A program made the position numbers and the translations under genes. A DNA stretch of 63,775 nucleotides, filler included, from Kipferlia bialata (lineage: Eukaryota), in NCBI GenBank assembly GCA_003568945.1. It is 4 parts of 4 records of this genome, joined end to end, with 100 filler letters (N's around TTAATTAATTAA, not from the genome) between each part and the next. Parts side by side here need not be neighbours in the genome. Positions count along the whole stretch, not along the records: positions 1 to 24,054 come from BDIP01000241.1; positions 24,155 to 48,135 come from BDIP01000242.1; 2 more parts are not named here. The stretch is one strand, 5' to 3'. Shown piece by piece: positions 13,301 to 27,605 of the stretch. Position 1 is the stretch's first letter. The number at the start of each line of letters is the position of its first letter. A model generated the notes under the pieces. The model did no database searches. It saw only the letters and a list, made by a program, of their open reading frames with translations, and was not told where the DNA came from.

Positions 13301-15672
13301 TGTCACACACACTCTTCTTCACACCACTAGTCCTCAAGAACCCTATCAGCTGGGCCATGCCCTGGCCCTGGGTGTCAAGAATACTATATATATGAAATAA
13401 TAGATATATATATATATTAATATGTATATATATTAGTATATATATAATATTGCGTGTCCCTATCAGCCTGGCCATCGCCTGGCCCTGGGTATCAGTGACA
13501 ATCATTTCTGTGGTACAGGTACTCTTTCACACACACACACATGTCTATATATATATAGTGTATGTACATAAATTCTTGAGCCTGTCCCTAACAGTCGGGC
13601 CATGGCCCTGGGTGTCAGTACTTCATATATTCACATTTCTATATGTATTAATATATATTCAGCATTCATGGTATTAATTATTTTCCTTTCAGTATATCGA
13701 CAAAACTGACATATGATTAACATATGATTTGCCCATAGTGTGCCCTGGACGTCAATACTATAAATAGCAATATGTACATATTTACCATACCTTCACCTCG
13801 GCGCCCTCACCCTCCACCAGAGGTGTACACAGGTATCTATATTTATGTATATATATACATACCTAGTAAATACACACCTAGTATATCCACCAACCATGTA
13901 AACAATGTGTATACTACCATACCTTCACCTCAGTGCCCTCTCCCTCAACCAGAGATACTTCAGACAGGTCCGCAGAGACGGTGCTTCCATACGCACAACA
14001 ACCTACAGCTATGGTACAGTCTGTGTCAGGACTGCACACGGCTAGGACACACTCGCCCCAGAGGCTATGGAAGGGTGGGTACTGCACTGCCATTCTGCAC
14101 ATGACACTCAGCATGCCTCCTAGAGTAAGAACCAAGATAACAAAACATAACAACACACACATATATATATATATATGAGGATAGAGAGAGAGAGAGAGTA
14201 GGATGTAGGTACTGCACTGCCATTCTGCACATGACACTCAGCATTTCACCTAAGGTAAGTGATATGTATATATACACATGTATATATGAATATATATATG
14301 GAGAGAGAGAGAGAATGATGTGGTTACTACACTGTCATTCTGCACATGACACTGAGCATGGCACCTGATATTAGTATATATAGTATACATATGCATATTT
14401 ATATATATACATATATACAGGAATATATGTATATATATATACTATATGGAGAGAGAGAGAGAATGATGTGGGACCGGCACTGCCTCTCTGAACCGTGACA
14501 CCTAGCACACAATGCTCTGCCTAGATATATATCCATACACCTAGATATATATACTAGTGATAATAGATGTATCACATCTATGCATATATACATACACATT
14601 CATATATGTTCATACCTAGTGTATCTGCCAGATACACTAGATACTACTTGGCACTGTCTCTGCAAACCCCTCCAATACAAGTACCAAATGCATGTATAAA
14701 TACATATACATGATTAGTACCTAAGGAAGAGGGGACGCTCTCTGCATACCCCTCCAGGGTATGCACCACGTGCATGGGAGGTGCCACCAGGGACAGGTCT
14801 GAGGACACAACAACACCTGACAATATGAAACATTACATAGACAGTATATATAGTACATATGTTACATAGATAGTAGGACACAGCCACATCTGAGTCATTG
14901 AGACATTAGATAAGTAGTATAGTATATATTACATACATCTATACCTGACAGATAGTGCACCCAGGGCCGGCACTCACGCACCCTTTGTAGCTGAGCCTCT
15001 CTCTCTCTGCCAGTCTCTGTCTCTTCATTGGCGCCGGACTCGCGTAGTAGCACAGCCGCCTCAGCAGCTCTAGATCCACCTGTAATGGCTATATCAGCCA
15101 CCTGCGAGTAGAGGCTCCCTCTCCCCTCCTTCTCCCTCTCTCTCTCTCTCTCACTCACCCACTCGGATAGTATTGCCTGTATACGCTTGTTGTGTAGACC
15201 CTTCATGGCCATACCAACAGTCATACAGGATACAGGGTCAGACGGATCCACATGAGACAGGATAGACCTTTGGTTAGTGTCAATCTTTACACACATAGAA
15301 CTAGATCCGTATCACACATATGCATACATACAAATATATATGAATATTAATATATATATGTGTGTGTGTGTATACCTGATGTACTTCTCCCTCTGCCCCT
15401 CCACACTGACTGTGTCCTCCTCCTCAGACACCCCTAGCTGGTACAGCGTGTTGTACACGATCCATGCCACATCGGTCCTCAGCATGTCACACATCTGTGG
15501 CAGATATGCACCCATCGACGCCACAGTGCAGTCGTCCAGACCGATTGACACCATCTCTCCACAGTCTAGAGGGTTAGCATGGTAATGGTAAATTAATATA
15601 GTCTAGAGAGTTAGAAGAACAATATAATATATATCAACTCCTGTGATCATGAATGCCGTGTTGATTTCCGTC

Positions 15673-15710
<38 letters not shown>

Positions 15711-16512
15711 ATATTACATGTATATATATACCTGTGATCATGAGTGCCGTGTTCATGTCCATCATACACACAGACCCTGTCTTATACTCTGATACACCAT
15801 GCTCACTGGGGTTCTGGCCATCACAGCATGTCCAGCCCTCGGCGGGGAATCTGGTGTTAGGTATATATTTATATATATATAATATCTATATAATATATAT
15901 ATATATATAATATAATATGTATATACAAATGGTATGTATATAAATACATATAGATACAGGGGTTCTGGCCATAGTACATAGCATGTCCATCCATGAGACG
16001 GGGGTCTAGGGTTAGATGGTATATATATATGTGTGTGTGTGTGTATAAGTATACATGGGTTACTAATATATATGAATATATAGGGGTTCTGGCCATCATA
16101 GCCTGTCCAGCCGTCGGAGTGACTTGAATCAGTATATATATATACATACAAATACATATAATTATACGTAAACATTCTCTATATACCCACCTCGTGTCGA
16201 ACTATACCATGTTGCCGCATGTGACTGCCATATATATGCCTATATACCACATATATTCATCCATATATATATAGATATACAAGAATTATTGATTCCCCCT
16301 ATATGTATTCTTGTATTCATGTCAAACTATGCTACATACAAACATATATTTGAATATATGTGTTGATGATATCCAATGCATATATACATATACATATATA
16401 TACCTCGTGTCGAACTGTACCATGCTGCTGTGTGTCACTACCATGAGGCATGGACCCACACAGAACACAGGGGGGCGGCAGCTCTGATGTGGGAGTATCT
16501 GTATAGAGAGAC

Positions 16513-16543
<31 letters not shown>

Positions 16544-19500
16544 ATAATGAATATATATATATCAATATATTAATGAATATATATATATATATTGACACAG
16601 AACGCAGGGGGGCGGCAGCTCTATCTAGTAAGTACGTAAGAGAGGAAGGCAGTAAGAAGTGAGTATACAATATGTATATATCCCCCACAGAACACAGGAG
16701 GGCGGCAACTCTATTGTGTTAGAGTATAAAAAACGCTATAGACAGAATATGGAATAGTATATATGCACAATACCTATAATAACACGCGTATTTAAACAAT
16801 ATTAGAATACAAGAAACAATTGTCACAATTAATCACAATAAATCCCTTGGTTGGCATGTCTAGTATATATATTACTATAGAGCATAGAATATCTATTATA
16901 GAGCATAGAATATCTATTTTACCTTGAAGTACATCCTGTGCCCCTATACACTTAAATGATACTGAATTACCACAAATTGAATGATTCCCAAAATCTGATA
17001 TATACCTTTATATGTACATCTGGCATCCTGTGCCACTGTCAATAGAATCAATCATCAAATGATCAATCATCATATGATCAATCCTACCTTGATTGGTACA
17101 TCTGGCATCCTGTGCCACTGTCCGTCAGGTGTGAGTGTCATGTGCATACAGCCAGACAGGCCACCCAGGACATGCAGGGTGTCTGGGGTTTAGATAAACT
17201 ATGTTGGATCTATACAAATTTATCCATATATAGATATAAATATACACATGCATACCGTGTGTGACTGTGGATGCCAGTCTCAGTGGCACAATTTCAGCAA
17301 TATATATATATATAAATATGTATTCTCTATGTATATATGAATATATATATACTATACATACATATCCATANNNNNNNNNNNNNNNNNNNNNNNNNNNNNN
17401 NNNNNNNNNNNNNNNNNNNNNNNNNNNNNNNNNNNNNNNNNNNNNNNNNNNNNNNNNNNNNNNNNNNNNNNNNNNNNNNNNNNNNNNNNNNNNNNNNNNN
17501 NNNNNNNNNNNNNNNNNNNNNNNNNNNNNNNNNNNNNNNNNNNNNNNNNNNNNNNNNNNNNNNNNNNNNNNNNNNNNNNNNNNNNNNNNNNNNNNNNNNN
17601 NNNNNNNNNNNNNNNNNNNNNNNNNNNNNNNNNNNNNNNNNNNNNNNNNNNNNNNNNNNNNNNNNNNNNNNNNNNNNNNNNNNNNNNNNNNNNNNNNNNN
17701 NNNNNNNNNNNNNNNNNNNNNNNNNNNNNNNNNNNNNNNNNNNNNNNNNNNNNNNNNNNNNNNNNNNNNNNNNNNNNNNNNNNNNNNNNNNNNNNNNNNN
17801 NNNNNNNNNNNNNNNNNNNNNNNNNNNNNNNNNNNNNNNNNNNNNNNNNNNNNNNNNNNNNNNNNNNNNNNNNNNNNNNNNNNNNNNNNNNNNNNNNNNN
17901 NNNNNNNNNNNNNNNNNNNNNNNNNNNNNNNNNNNNNNNNNNNNNNNNNNNNNNNNNNNNNNNNNNNNNNNNNNNNNNNNNNNNNNNNNNNNNNNNNNNN
18001 NNNNNNNNNNNNNNNNNNNNNNNNNNNNNNNNNNNNNNNNNNNNNNNNNNNNNNNNNNNNNNNNNNNNNNNNNNNNNNNNNNNNNNNNNNNNNNNNNNNN
18101 NNNNNNNNNNNNNNNNNNNNNNNNNNNNNNNNNNNNNNNNNNNNNNNNNNNNNNNNNNNNNNNNNNNNNNNNNNNNNNNNNNNNNNNNNNNNNNNNNNNN
18201 NNNNNNNNNNNNNNNNNNNNNNNNNNNNNNNNNNNNNNNNNNNNNNNNNNNNNNNNNNNNNNNNNNNNNNNNNNNNNNNNNNNNNNNNNNNNNNNNNNNN
18301 NNNNNNNNNNNNNNNNNNNNNNNNNNNNNNNNNNNNNNNNNNNNAATATATATATACTATACATACATATCCATACCTCCATGTGTAACTGTGGATGCCA
18401 GTGTCATTGGCACAGGCACATCCATCAGTCTAGTCCACTGGCCACTCTTGGGTGTGTATACCCAGGAGTCAAAGAGAGGCCTTCCTGAACCCTTATCAGT
18501 AGGTACTGTCTCTCCCCCTATCACCAGCAACTTGTCACCGAAACACGCTAGAAGAGGCTTCACTCTGTCACAGGGCCACATCATCTGACCATCCTTGACC
18601 TCTGTTGACCCCTCTTGAGCAGAGTTGGGGAGCATCACACTACCCCACTGCTCGGTGTATATGTCCAGGGTGATGAGCTCAAAATGCTCTCTCCTGGTTA
18701 TGTCTGTGATAGGGCTCCCATCATAGTTAGTCTTGGGAGCACCCACGCAGTATAGGGTGTTGCCTACAATGGCAGAGGAGGGTAGGGACATGACCTCCTG
18801 GTGGGGGTGGTCGATGACACTGACCTAGGGTCAGTAATATGTATATATATGTATATATGTATATATGATACATAGTGCATAATAGTGTTTAGTAATGATA
18901 TGTATATTTGTATAAGAGTATATATATAGAAACACGTATAGTAACATATTACTAAATGTATAGTAATGTAAAACACATTGTATACAAGGATGTGTCCTGA
19001 CCTTGTATGGATCCTCCCCACCCTCCGCTGCAATGTCTGATATCCGGTACACAGCACCCTCCTGCTGTTGGACTGCCAGAAGCTCGACAGGCCCAGACTG
19101 GGGTGAGTGTGAATGGAGTAATTGAACATAATAGAACCATTGCGACATGCACTGTCACATATCAGTGTGAATAGAATTACATGCAAAACAAAGAAATGTA
19201 TGCAGATGGATACGGGTTGTGTGAACATAATAATTGCATTACACACTATGCTTGTGTATAGTGTGTCTAGAGTAGGTACAATAATATGCTATAATGATCG
19301 TGCATGATGAACATGAGCATATTCTTTCTGTATGTGAATACTTGTCAACATAGTGTATATGGTATATGCATGTATATACCACACACATGCCTGATGATGG
19401 GCGAAGGAGATGTCGGGACCGCTGACATAGTATCTGTGTATCATAGTATATGTAAATATATATATAGTAATATCATAATATATATATATCATAATTTATA

Positions 19501-21377
19501 ATACATGGATATATAATACACGTATTATGTATGTATGTGTATACCTGCCTGATGAAGGGCGAAGGAAATGTCAGGTCCACTGACATAGTATCTGTATTTC
19601 ATAGTATACTCATATATACATAAAATATACTAAATATGTATGTGTATACATGCCTGATGAAGGGCGAAGGAAATGTCGTGGCCGCTGACCCCTAGGGTCT
19701 CCCTGTCTGACCAGAGTCCCTCGTCAGCCACTATCGTGTAGTTCCATGTCTCAGACAATGCATGTACATCTGCAGTGTCACCCTTCTCTTCGGTGGCTCC
19801 ACACTCTGTGGTGATATCCTTGGGGTGAGGTGTGTAGGTGTATATATACATAGTATACAGAAGGCATATGACAAAATACCCAGAAATGTATACAGTATGA
19901 CTTACTACGATGGTGAGTGCCTTCTCGTAGACTCTAGTAAAGTAAATATGTACATATGAATACTCACACTGGACGGTGCCACCTCAGAACGTATAATACA
20001 TAAAGATAGATATGAGACAAGAATGTATAATACTTATAGAGAGATATACATAGATATAGATACTCAGGATTGCTAACCTTGGACAGTGCCCTCTCGTAGA
20101 ATTGGTGAAGAGTGGTTGGCAGTGCATGGAAGGGAGACGCTGCCTCTGCCTCTGCCTCTGCCATTGTCTCCGTCCACTGTACACTCCTCACACTCAGGGG
20201 TAAGGCATGCAGAACACCCAGTGTATCCATCTCCAGGTCCCCTCCCCTCTCTCTAGGCACCACCTTACAGAGAGTGGTCCACACCACACCCATATCCAGT
20301 GACTCTACTGAGAGGGTGGATGCGAGGTGGTGCATAAGGAGTGCAGATGGGGCATGCATCAGACACGAGGCCACTATGCATGAGACCACAGTCTCGCTGG
20401 GGAGAGATGCCAGCCAGGCATCGCTGTATACAGCGGGTGTGGGTGTAGATGTGGCACTGAGTGTCTGTGTCCACACCCTGTCCACCCCAGTGCACACACC
20501 ATGTACACCCAGGCCCAAGGTACGTGCAGAGTGCAGTAGGTACCCTAGTACAGTGCATGTGTCTGCAGGCACTGTAGCTGGTACCAGGTGGCTGAGGGCG
20601 AGAGCCGCCCTGTGTCGAGGGTGTGTCTTGTCTGACAGGATGTCTGCCACCCTTGCACCACCCATACACTCAGCCACAGCATCTACAGTAATACCACCAA
20701 GACATAGAGTGGTGGCAGCACTAGTAAGGGCATCCTCAGCACCAGCACATCCCTCCAGCAGAGTGGCAGCCAGCCCTTGCCCCCCCTCCTCACCCTCTCT
20801 CTCGAGTGTGTATCTCACTGCCTCATAGGCTAGAAGGGCCCTGTCACAGCACAGGGTAGAGGGTGCACCATCGTCCAGCACACACTCACCCACTAGGGAG
20901 GTGGGTAGGCGTAGCAGGTAGAGACCCGCCTTGCACAGGACAAGTGCACTGGTCGGTGACACCAGGCAGGCGTGGCCACCAGATACACGAAGAGGAGGTG
21001 CCTCCTCATCCTCTAGGCATACCCCACCCCACCCCTCCCATGTATCAGACACAGTATCCAGTACATGCACCAGAGACCGGTGGTGGGTGCTCTTACCGCC
21101 TAGCACCAGGATGTATCTGCCTGAATGTTACAGGCAGCAGAATAGTAATAATATGGGTATACTACAAAATATGAAGTTACTGTGTATGTATCTATACCTA
21201 CAGATAGCACTGCAGGTGCGGCACACTTGAAGGGACAGACACGGGGGCAACTCCACTCCAGACCCTCAATTCCCTCTGCACCCTCAGTCACGATGCATGA
21301 TGTGTGTGTGAGTGTCTTGTTGGACTCCCAGTGGAACAGGTGCAGAGTGCCTGGAGTCATATATAGATATCAATTAT

Positions 21378-21409
<32 letters not shown>

Positions 21410-22481
21410 CCAATGGCATTACATACCCATACACATGCAGTACACGCATGCATGTATATATGTATAGAGAGAGAGAGAGAGACAGAGAGAGAGATAGAAC
21501 CACGTACCCATGCACATGCAGTGGACAGAGTTGCAAGCATATAGTGATTACGTATTAATACATTAGTATATATGTGTGTATATGTATACTCTATATGTAT
21601 GAGTGACACCCGTACCCATGCACATGCAGTGGACAGAGTTGCGTGTCGTGATGGGGCAGCGGTCTGTCTCGACAGAGGCCCAGTCACCCTCACCCTCACT
21701 CTCTCCCCCATTGGGTGTGTATGTGTAGACACCCGTGGAGTCTCCCTTGTCAGTGGCACCACCTGCAAACACAACACCTCCTAGAGGGTCTAGAAGTACC
21801 TTAGTAGAAGCTACACCCTTAGTAGAGAGGGAGAGAGGGATGCCGATGTGGGAGTGCAGGGTGGGAGAGGCGTCAGAGGCAGGAACAGTTGTCCAGGTTC
21901 GGCTGAGGGTAAGATAGAGAGACAGAGAGGAAGAATGAGAGGTAGGGAGACATAATGGGGGAGCGTGGTCCAGGTGTGCCTGAGTATAGTAATGAGAGAG
22001 AAGGGAAGAAAGAGACAGAGAGAGAATCTCATGATATTCACATATATGCAAAAGAACACTCCTAAACAGAATGAACACGTGCTTTCATCAACGGATATCA
22101 AATATACCTTACATATATACTACAAGTAAGTATATATGCACAACACATAGACATGTCACATATTCAATCCTTGTACCTCTCAATGTGGAACAAACGTACT
22201 GGTATACTTACAATACATAGTATATACACATATATGTATACATATATGTATACATATATTTGACATACCTCTCAATGTGGAACAGGTAGAGGTGCTGCAC
22301 TGGACAGGTAGGCATCTGAAATACACTGAAACACACACAATACATAGACACGTCACATATATATACTATACTATACACATTTGGTCCTCTCACCTCTCAA
22401 TGTGGAACAGGTAGAGGGAGCTGTAGTGGACTGTCTGCCAGACAGCTATGGTGAGTGATACACACACACGTATATATATAT

Positions 22482-22512
<31 letters not shown>

Positions 22513-22534
22513 ATAGATGGTGAGTGATGCACAC

Positions 22535-22567
<33 letters not shown>

Positions 22568-23571
22568 TGCCGTCAGTTAACACATCTCGTATAATAAGCA
22601 CCAAAATCACTGGTCAGCTGTATAGGGAAACACCCACCCTTTGTGAACCCCCATGCACCACCAATATAATACATGTATATATAATTGTATATATTGACTA
22701 CTGCAACTATATATACTACATACCCTTTGTGAACCCTCCATGCACCACCAATATAATACATGTATATATAATTGTTTATATTGACTACTACTACTACTAT
22801 ATACTACATACCCTTTGTGAACCCCCCATGCACCACCACATAACCACCCACCCTGGTGACAGACATGTTCTTGAGGTCCCTAAGGGGTCAGAGAAGTATA
22901 TGTATATATATATACATATATATATATATGTGGATTGACATGTACATTTATGTATACACCCACTTCTGGTGACAGACATGTTCTTAAGGTCCCTAAGGGG
23001 CCAGAGAAGTATATGTATATATATATATATGTGGATTGACATGTACATTTATGTATATACCCACTTCTGGTGACAGACATGTTCTTGAGGTCCCTATTGA
23101 TAAGATATGCAGGTAGAAACAGTGAGGATGAAACGTAATGATAATGGTGATACTAGTAAGATACTATTACTAACCTGCAGAAATAGGTGGGGGGGGGGGT
23201 AGGGGGAGACAGAGAGAGAGAGATCTGTGACTGGGTAGATTACTAGATGAATACTATATGAGAGTACTATATGAATATCTCCATTATTATTAGGTGCAAT
23301 CTACTTCATATATATACTCGTAACTGATGTCAGAAGTTGACTGTGAGAGAGAGTGTGTGTATATAACTGGGAAGGGGGGGGGGGGGCTGTGACAACGTCA
23401 CATATATAAATATATATGTACAGAGAGACAGAGAGAGAGAGTATACCTAGTTATTGCCAATGACTTATTGGGCGTGGGATTGGTGGGCACCAAAGGCATG
23501 AATGTATATACATATATACGAGAGTATATGTAAATATAATACACCTAGGAATGGGGCATTGTATGGGTGTG

Positions 23572-23607
<36 letters not shown>

Positions 23608-23782
23608 ATATAATAGTATACTCATACCTAGGAATGGGGCATGGTATGGGTGTGGCTGTGACAGTGGGTACATCACTTGTGTCACACACCCCACTGGACA
23701 CTGCGTCTGTGACAGTGTACACATAGCAGTTGAAGGACATGTCCCTGTCAGCGCCAAGGACTAGCACACTGCCTGGGGGTTA

Positions 23783-23816
<34 letters not shown>

Positions 23817-23914
23817 TTCAAAACTAGGATACTGACCAGTAGTAAACCTAGAGAGACAGAGAGATACCTAGCCCGATGGTCACTGCTGCATAGGAACTCT
23901 CGGGAAACAGGTAC
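6143..23914 (-). CDS. Very large Kelch/beta-propeller-like repeat protein (about 30 exons, 5' partial; could be more than one gene)
   Basis: Kelch-like blades such as YILVLGGK..VHVLDTVSDTWEGW, LLVIGGE..DSWVYTPKSGQWTRLMDVP, DTLHVLGGLSG..GQWHRMPDVP, VVFAGG..VYTYTP and LVLDLSTYEWTEV, plus an acidic linker at 12350-12700. I found no internal stop among the exons traced. Confidence 0.6.
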
Positions 23915-24054
23915 CTGGAGGTGAGAATATTCATACCTTAATAGCATAACTATACTCAGCCCTATGTATGAACAACAAACATATGAGAAGAACAAACAAC
24001 TACAAGAGGGTGGGGGGGGGGGGGGGGGGGGGGGCTGGGGAAAAAAAAAAAAAA

Positions 24055-24154
24055 NNNNNNNNNNNNNNNNNNNNNNNNNNNNNNNNNNNNNNNNNNNNTT
24101 AATTAATTAANNNNNNNNNNNNNNNNNNNNNNNNNNNNNNNNNNNNNNNNNNNN
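24055..24154. other. Artificial scaffold linker N44-TTAATTAATTAA-N44
   Basis: Six-frame stop linker flanked by Ns; the same 100-nt element occurs three times. Confidence 0.97.
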
Positions 24155-24187
24155 TCTCTCTCTCTCTCTCTCTATTAACCCCCTAGG

Positions 24188-26400
24188 CCCATGAGATCCA
24201 GACCCAGTCTCTCCACACCATCCCTGACCTAGAGTCAGGTGCCATCCTGTCCCCACCCTGTTCACCCCTGGTGCAGAAGGGTGGAGAGGGGGAGAGAGAG
24301 GAGGAGGAGGAGGAGGAGACGGGGACAGACCTCGCAAATGACCTCAGGTATGTATGTATGTATGCTATATACATTTACATGTGTTCAGAGACTGAAGGGC
24401 TGTGTATCACTGTCTCAGTTGACTCTTCTCTCTATGTATACATCCCTGACCCCCAGGTTGTACCGCGGCAGGCTCCAGAAGCTGAAGGGGTGGCTGACCA
24501 TGGGGGATGACCTAGGTATATATATATAAATACCCATAAAGTATATAGGTATACCTATGACCTATGGGATACTGATACTGACACTGACCACCTAGGAGAC
24601 ATGCCTGCCACTTGTATATATGGTATATAGTCTTATGACATATATGATGCATACTTATCGGATTCTGATACTAGGAGACATGCCTGTCATGCCGCTGTCA
24701 GCCACAGAGAGAGGGAGGGGGAGGGACGCAGAGGCAGAGGGAGAGAGAGAGGCTGACACTGCCTCCAAGGGTGCCGACCTCCCCCCCGCTGTCTCCATGC
24801 CCAGTCTCAACCTGAGTACATCAATACCAAAGGTATGTATGCATGTATATACATTCATTAATGCATATGTATACACTCTCTATTGTGGTGTCCCCATTCC
24901 TAGTCTCAACCTGAGTACATCAATACCAAAGGTATGTACATTGTCTATAGTGGTGTACGTGTGGTAACCTATGCTGACTCCCAGGGATCCCTAGCAGTGA
25001 AGGTAGCAAGAGACGAGGAGGGAGAGGGTCAGGCGGATGGTGAGACTGAGGGAGAGAGAGAGAGGGTCGACCAGATGCGTCAGATGATGGAGAGAGATGC
25101 CATGACTAGGAGCAGAGACAGGCCACCTAGGAGAGAGAGGGAGAGGGAGGCAGAGAGAGAGACTCCTAGCAGGGACAGACACAGTGTGCAGCCTGAGCCT
25201 AGGCCAGAGATGGAGAGAGAGAGAGAGACATCCTCTGTCCCCCCACCTCCAGTGTCCTCTGCACCTGTCTCTAGGCCCCCACCCCCTGAGGCCCCTGTGC
25301 TAGTCCTTGACACAGCCGTGTCTGGGGAGGGTGCCCCCTCACCCCTAGGCTCCACACCCTCTGTATGTGCCAGAGATACAAGGGCTGCACCTCAGAGGAG
25401 GGCACCCCCCACAGGTGGTATGGGTATGGGTATGAGTGGAGGTGTAGGAGGGGGAGGCATGGGGCTGCTCCTTGTGCCTGACACCCCTGTCCTCAGACAC
25501 AGTACTAGTAGTAGTACACACACTGCTGGTGCACCCCTTGGCTCTGCCAGGCACCGTCCCCCCCGTGCCACCCCATCCTCCACTGGGTCTAGTGCACCTA
25601 GTGCTAGGCCATATGCTATGGGAAGGTCAATGTCCATGGGTGCTCAGCCAGGGAGGGAGAGAGAGAGAGAGAGTGGCCGGAGGGAGAGTGCTGCTCTGTC
25701 CCGCGGCCCCTCCCCCTCCTCCCACATGCCCCCTGCCTACCCACCCCACACCACCATGCACAGTGGTGGTATGCACGCTACACAGGGAGAGAGAGAGAGG
25801 GAGAGGATGTCTGCAACAGGGCCGGTGCAGAGGCGTCACTCTTACTCCCACTCCCACTCCCAGTCCCAGCCACGCTCTATGTCCCGGGCCTCTGTCAATG
25901 ACACTTCCCCTGCCTCTCTGTCCATGTCGTCTCTAGTCAGTGACACAGTGATAGGGGGGACGGTCTATGGGGTGGTGGAGAGAGAGGGGGAGGAGGCTGA
26001 GGCAGTCCCCCGTACCGAGGCATCTTCCACTGGCAATGGTCACTTGAGCAGTGATATGAGGGATGAGACTGGTATTGATGAGAGGTACAGTGTGGTCAGG
26101 TCGCCGACTGGTGTGAGGCAGAGGAGGACAAGGGAGCCCAACCTCTCTGCCAGGGCACCTGCCCCTGCCTCCTCTCTCTCCTTCTCCCTCCCTCCCCCTG
26201 CACCTGCCTCTGCCCTCGGGTCTGGACCCTTATCCGCTAGGCGCACACCCTCTCCCCCCTCCGACCCCCCAGGCCCCCACTCCCGCTCTGGGGTTGTGGT
26301 CTCTGTACCAGTGTCACAGGACGGCATGGTGCTGGGAGAGAGAGGCGAGGGACCCAGGGGGAGGCGTGCACCACGGCCTCCCCCGAGTCTCTTCATGTAG
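24188..26400 (+). CDS. Hypothetical protein, 3' part with a long disordered S/P/R/E-rich terminal exon
   Basis: Exons at about 24188-24347, 24457-24515, 24675-24832 and 24985-26400, with GT-AG borders. Confidence 0.65.
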
Positions 26401-26823
26401 ACGGTGTAGGTCATGTAGCATACATACAGTCAGGGCGATTGCTGGCTATGTATGTGGTAGTAGTGTGGCGTCGCATGGTCTATGATGCCACAGATGGCAG
26501 ATTGACTGCCAGTGTACCCTCTTTTTGTAGCGCATTGACGCTTGGACCGTCGTTGCGCAGGCCAAGACCCCTATTGTACCCTATTTATTACGTGGGTTCC
26601 TGGTCATATGAATGTATCAGTGTAAGTATAGATTGAAGTATGTATTCCTTAGGTTCGTGTTGTTCTGTACATGATGCTGTCAGCATCGTCACTCTGTGGT
26701 GCCGTTCGTGCTAACGTTTCACACATAGAATCGCAAAAGGGTTTAGATGAAAAACAGGCGCCACTTTCGTGGAGCGCGGGCATGTATAACTGCTTCTCTA
26801 GAGGTTTAGGACTCAGTTGATTG

Positions 26824-27359
26824 ATGAATAACGTTCCTTTCACCTTTGGGAAGCGTTCTAGGACTGCCTATGCCCCCCAGCCCCAGCGTACTGGCTTTTC
26901 CCCCGAGACCCAGCAGATCCGTCAGTCTCGGCAAGCTGGGCAGAGCTCCAAGCGCCGTTCTGGCCCCACAAGTACGTTGTTTTGTGTATATCTGTTGATA
27001 TTACCCGTCTTTTGCATTAATTGGCTGCTCTTACGCCAGATGTGTTCGATGAGATGTCCCGCGCATCCCGCAACCTGTGCACTGCCCACATCAACAGCCC
27101 CCCTCTGCCGGACGGGAGGTGCATGTGCAGTGTGTGCCGGGTGCTGACTGTGACGGAGACGTGCACGTCCTGTGGGCACCAGTGCTGCGAGACCCACGGG
27201 GGAACATGCGATGTCTGTGGCGGCATCTTCTGTGATCTGTGCCTCAACTGTGACTTCTCGATGCCGGACATGAGGGTGCTCACAAAGTGTATCGACTGTG
27301 GGTTCCAGGTACATACCCCATTTACTGCATATAGGCCTACTACTATGGTCACTCAGTGA
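26824..27359 (+). CDS. Siva-like zinc-finger protein
   Basis: CSVC..CTSCGHQCCETHGGTCDVCGGIFCDLCLNCDFS..VLTKCIDC follows the cysteine spacing of the SIVA1 C-terminus. Intron at 26972-27039 and a probable intron at 27309-27356 before TGA. Confidence 0.6.
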
Positions 27360-27375
27360 ATCCCGCCAATCCAAT

Positions 27376-27408
<33 letters not shown>

Positions 27409-27605
27409 CCCCCCCCCCCCCTCTCTCTCTTCATACCCTCCCTGACTCCTAGTAAATCCTTGTTTCACTCCTCATCCCCAGCTCCCCATGTTCGACAGGA
27501 GGGATGTGGAGCAGATATATATGTATATCCTATTTATCCATCGTCCTTATATATATATATATATATATATCGGTCTTACTCTCTATATGTTTCTCATATC
27601 CTCAG

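Noticed and set aside
17261..18488. Long ORFs through N runs and the many IYIYIY/VCVC ORFs in the ORF track
   Set aside because: These are artefacts of gaps and intronic dinucleotide repeats.
24099..24110. Palindromic TTAATTAATTAA as a biological site or transposon target
   Set aside because: It is always centred in 44+44 Ns, so it is a concatenation linker.
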